From Eledone cirrhosa (Eukaryota): a DNA stretch of 64,000 nucleotides. The notes beneath the pieces were generated by a model, which was given only the letters and a program-made list of their open reading frames with translations, was not told where the DNA came from and searched no databases. A program made the position numbers and the translations under genes. Shown piece by piece: positions 59,901 to 64,000 of this stretch; position 1 is the first letter of the stretch, and each line of letters opens with the position of its first letter. The stretch is from positions 12,090,001 to 12,154,000 of the forward strand of contig OZ024744.1 of assembly GCA_964016885.1 (NCBI GenBank), given 5' to 3'.

Positions 59901-62900
59901 GTGACAATCTAATCACTGTCTATAACATAAAACATTCTTTTTATCCGTCTAATGAAGTCTATAACATAAAACATTCTATTTGTCTATCTAATGACGGTCT
60001 ATAACATAAAACATTCTATTTGACCATCTAATGACTGTCTATAACATAACACATTCTATTTCACCATCTAATGACGGTCTATAACATAAAACATCTATTT
60101 GTCCATCTAATGACGGTCTATAACATAAAACATTCTAAGTGACCATCTAATGACAGTCTATAACATAAAACATTCTATTTGTCCATCTAATGACTGTCTA
60201 TAACATGAAACATTCTATTTGTCCATCTAATGACGGTCTATAACATAAAACATTCTATTTGTCCATCTAATGACGGTCTATTACATAAAACATACTATTT
60301 GACCATCTAATCACTGTCTATAACATAAAACATTCTATTTGTCCATCTAATGACGGTCTTTAACATAAAACATTCTATTTGACAATCTAATAACTGTCTA
60401 TAACACAGAACATTCTATTTGACCATCTAATGACTGTCTATAACATAACATATTCTATTTTACCATCTAATGACTGACTAGAAAGTAAAACATTCTTTTT
60501 AACCATCTAATGACGGTATATAGCATAAAACATTCTATCTGACCATCTAATGCCTGTCTATAACATAAAACATTCTATTTGTCCATCTAATGACTGTCTA
60601 TAAGATAAAACATTTTATTTGTCCATCTAATGACGGTCTATAAGATAAAACATTCTATTTGTCCATCTAATGACGGTCTATAACATAAAACATTCTATTT
60701 GACCATCTAATGACTGTCTATAACATAAAATATTCTATTTGACCATCTAATGACGGTCTATAGCATAAAAAATTCTATTTGACCATCTAATGACTCTCTG
60801 TAACATAAAACATTTATTTGTCCATCTAATGACGGTCTATAACATAAAATATTCTATTTGACCATATAATCACTATCTATAACATAAAACATTCTATTTG
60901 TCCATCTAATGACGGTCTATAACATAAAACATTCTATTTCACCATCTAATGACGGTCTATAACATAAAACATTCTATTTGACTGTCTATAACATAAAATA
61001 TTCTATTTGACCATCTAATGACGGTCTATAACATAAAAAAATCTATTTGACCATCTAATGACTGTCTATAACATAAAACATTCTATTTGTCCATCTAATG
61101 ACGGTCTATAAGATAACACATTATATTTGTCCATCTAATGACGGTCTATAACATAAAACATTCTATTTGACAATCTAATAACTGTCTATAACACAGAACA
61201 TTCTATTTGACCATCTAATGACTGTCTATAACATAACAGATTCTATTTCACCATCTAATGACTGACTAGAACGTAAAACATTCTTTTTAACCATCTAATG
61301 ACGGTATATAGCATAAAACATTCTATCTGACCATCTAATGACTGTCTATAACATAAAACATTCTATTTGTCCATCTAATGACTGTCTATAAGATAAAACA
61401 TTCTATTTGTCTATCTAATGACGGTCTATAACATAAAACATTCTATTTGACAATCTAATAACTGTCTATAACACAGAACATTCTATTTGACCATCTAATG
61501 ACTGTCTATAACATAACAGATTCTATTTCACCATCTAATGACTGACTAGAACGTAAAACATTCTTTTTAACCATCTAATGACGGTATATAGCATAAATCA
61601 TTCTATCTGACCATCTAATGACTGTCTATAACATAAAACATTCTATTTGTCCATCTAATGACTGTCTATAAGATAAAACATTCTATTTGTCTATCTAATG
61701 ACGGTCTATAACATAACACATTATATTTGTCCATCTAATGACGGTCTATAACATAAAACATTCTATGTGACCATCTAATGACTGTCTATAACATAAAACA
61801 TTCTATGTGACCATCTAATGACAGTCTATAACATAAAACATTCTATTTGACCATCAAATTACTGTCTATAACATAAAACATTCTATCTGAGCATCTAATG
61901 ACTGTCTATAACATAAAACATTCTATGTGACCATCTAATCACTGTCTATAACATAACACATTCTATTTCACCATCTAATGACGGTCTATAACTGAAAACA
62001 TCTATTTGTCCATCTAATGACGGTCTATAACATAAAACATTCTATGTGACCATCTAATGACAGTCTATAAAGTAAAACATTCTATTTGAATATCTAATGA
62101 CTGTCTATAACATAAAACATTCTATGTGACCATCAAATGACTGTCTATAACATAAAACATTCTATTTGACCATCTAATGACTGTCTATAACATGAAACAT
62201 TCTATTTGTACATCTAATGACGGTCTATAACATACAACATTTTATTTGACCATATTATGACTGTCTATAACATAAAACATTCTATGTGACCATCTAATGA
62301 CAGTCTATAACATAAAACATTCTATGTGACCATCTAATGACTGTCTATAACATAAAACATTCCATTTGTCTATCTAATGAAGGTCTATAACATAAAACAT
62401 TCTATTCGACCATATAATGACTGTCTATAACATAAAACATTCTATGTGACAATCTAATCACTGTCTATAACATAAAACATTCTTTTTATCCGTCTAATGA
62501 AGTCTATAACATAAAACATTCTATTTGTCTATCTAATGACGGTCTATAACATTAAACATTCTATTTCACCATCTAATGACTGTTTATAACATAAAACATT
62601 TTATGTGACAATCTAATGACAGTCTATAACATAAAACATTCTACTTGACCATATAATGACTGTCTATAACATAAAACATTCTATGTGACCATCTAATTAC
62701 GGTCTATAACATAAAACATTCTATTTGTCCATCTAATGACGGTCTATAACATACAACATTCTATTTGACCATATAATGACGACTGTCTATAACATAAACA
62801 TTCTATGTGACCATCTAATGACGGTCTATAACAGAAAACATTCTATTTGACCATCTAATGACTGTCTATAACATAAAACATTCTATTTGTCCATCTAATG

Positions 62901-64000
62901 AGGTCTATAATATAAAACATTCTATTCGACCATATAATGACTGTCTATAACATAAAACATTCTATGTGACAATCTAATGACTGTCTATAACATAAAACAT
63001 TCTTTTTATCCCTCTAATGAAGTCTATAACATAAAACATTCTATGTGACCATATAATGACTGTCTATAACATAAAACATTCTATTTTACCATCTAATGAC
63101 TGTCTATAACATAAAACATTCTATTTGACCATCTAATGACTGTCTATAACGTAACACATTCTATTTCACCATCTAATGACTGTCTATAACATAAAACATT
63201 CTATTTGACCATCTAATGACTGTCTATGACATAAAACATTCTATTTGACCATCTAATGACTGTCTATAACATAAAACATTCTATTTGACTATCTAATGAG
63301 TGTCTATAACATAAAACATTCTACTTGACCATCTAATGACTCTCTATAACGTAAAACATTCTATGTGACCATCTAATGACTGTCTATAACATGAAATATT
63401 CTATTTGACCATCTAATGACTGTCTATAACATAAAAGATTCTATGTGACCATCTAATGACTGTCTATAACATAAAACATTCTATTTGTCCATCTAATGAC
63501 TGTCTATAACATACAGCATTCTATTTGTCCCTCTTATGACGGTCTATAACATAAAACATTCTATTTGACCATATAATGACTGTCTATAACATAAAACATT
63601 GTATGTGACCATCTAATGACTGTCTATAAGATAAAACATTCTATTTGTCTATCTAATAACTGTCTATAACACAGAACATTCTATTTGACCATCTAATGAC
63701 TGTCTATAACATAACAGATTCTATTTCACCATCTAATGACTGACTAGAACGTAAAACATTCCTTTTAACCATCTAATGACGGTATATAGCATAAATCATT
63801 CTATCTGACCATCTAATGACTGTCTATAACATAAAACATTCTATTTGTCCATCTAATGACTGTCTATAAGATAAAACATTCTATTTGTCTATCTAATGAC
63901 GGTCTATAACATAACACATTATATTTGTCCATCTAATGACGGTCTATAACATAAAACATTCTATGTGACCATCTAATGACTGTCTATAACATAAAACATT
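44900..64000. repeat. Satellite domain C, ~4.8-5.7 kb higher-order repeat, ~4 copies
   Basis: The 43-bp TGACGACTGTC monomer occurs at 46931, 51766, 57039 and 62777. Other private markers, not seen upstream, are TCCCTCTTAT, AAATGGCTG, TCTAAGTGAC, AATGAAGTC, AATGAGGTC and GACTGACTAGAACG. Confidence 0.85.
47380..50090. repeat. 1,358-bp (34-monomer) tandem duplication with an internal 479-bp (12-monomer) sub-repeat
   Basis: TCCCTCTTAT occurs at 47643/49001. AAATGGCTG occurs at 47893, 48372, 49251 and 49730 (offsets 479 and 1358). Confidence 0.85.

Larger units (their letters stand above)
1..64000. repeat. 40-bp AT-rich tandem satellite array, ~1,600 monomers, continuing beyond both window ends
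   Basis: The unit CATCTAATGACTGTCTATAACATAAAACATTCTATTTGAC recurs every 40 bp from base 1 to base 64000. Copies usually differ from consensus by 0-4 substitutions, with occasional 29-, 30-, 37-39-, 41- and 43-bp indel variants. No inversion or foreign sequence was seen. Confidence 0.99.

Noticed and set aside
1-64000. CRISPR array or CRISPR-like repeat-spacer system
   Set aside because: Monomers abut directly. Variation is limited to a few point alleles that recur in duplicated blocks. There are no unique spacers, leader or cas genes.
1-64000. Repetitive protein-coding ORF
   Set aside because: The consensus has stops in all three + frames (TAA at 5, 18, 23; TGA at 8, 37) and TAG in all three - frames. 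The 40-bp period and frequent 1-bp indels do not preserve any frame.
1-64000. Minus-strand ORF under a TAG-reassigned genetic code (the consensus minus strand has only TAG stops)
   Set aside because: Common variants (TTTCAC, AATCAC, CATCAAAT, ATTAAAC, TTTAAC) introduce TGA or TAA on that strand, and there is no sign of codon-level constraint.
1-64000. Variant order as an information-bearing code
   Set aside because: The order of variants is adequately explained by nested tandem duplications and deletions. Nothing requires a coding explanation.
1-64000. Telomeric repeat, CENP-B box or phased A-tract curvature
   Set aside because: There is no G-rich telomere motif and no TTCG..A..CGGG box. 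One 4-A tract per 40 bp is not helically phased.

Overview
The whole 64-kb window is one uninterrupted, head-to-tail, single-orientation tandem array of an AT-rich 40-bp monomer, about 1,600 copies. The consensus is CATCTAATGAC(T/G)GTCTATAACATAAAACATTCTATTTG(A/T)C, about 27.5% GC, with 8 C and 3 G on the + strand. I found no genes, RNA genes, mobile elements, CRISPR spacers or unique sequence, and the consensus has stop codons in all six frames. It looks like eukaryotic satellite DNA (inference). I cannot name the species or satellite family. The interest is in how the array is organised. (1) There are three sequential variant domains (~1-17.5 kb, ~17.5-44.9 kb, ~44.9-64 kb), each with its own diagnostic monomers. 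(2) Nested, irregular higher-order repeats have periods of 280, 479, 879, 959, 1358/1359, 2227, 3077 and ~4.8-5.7 kb. (3) The monomer has a TCTA-initiated 11-12-bp substructure. (4) It carries a quasi-palindrome that one copy has perfected through two coordinated substitutions. I found no evidence of a new gene-encoded system. All coordinates and periods were read by eye from marker variants, so the domain boundaries are approximate.
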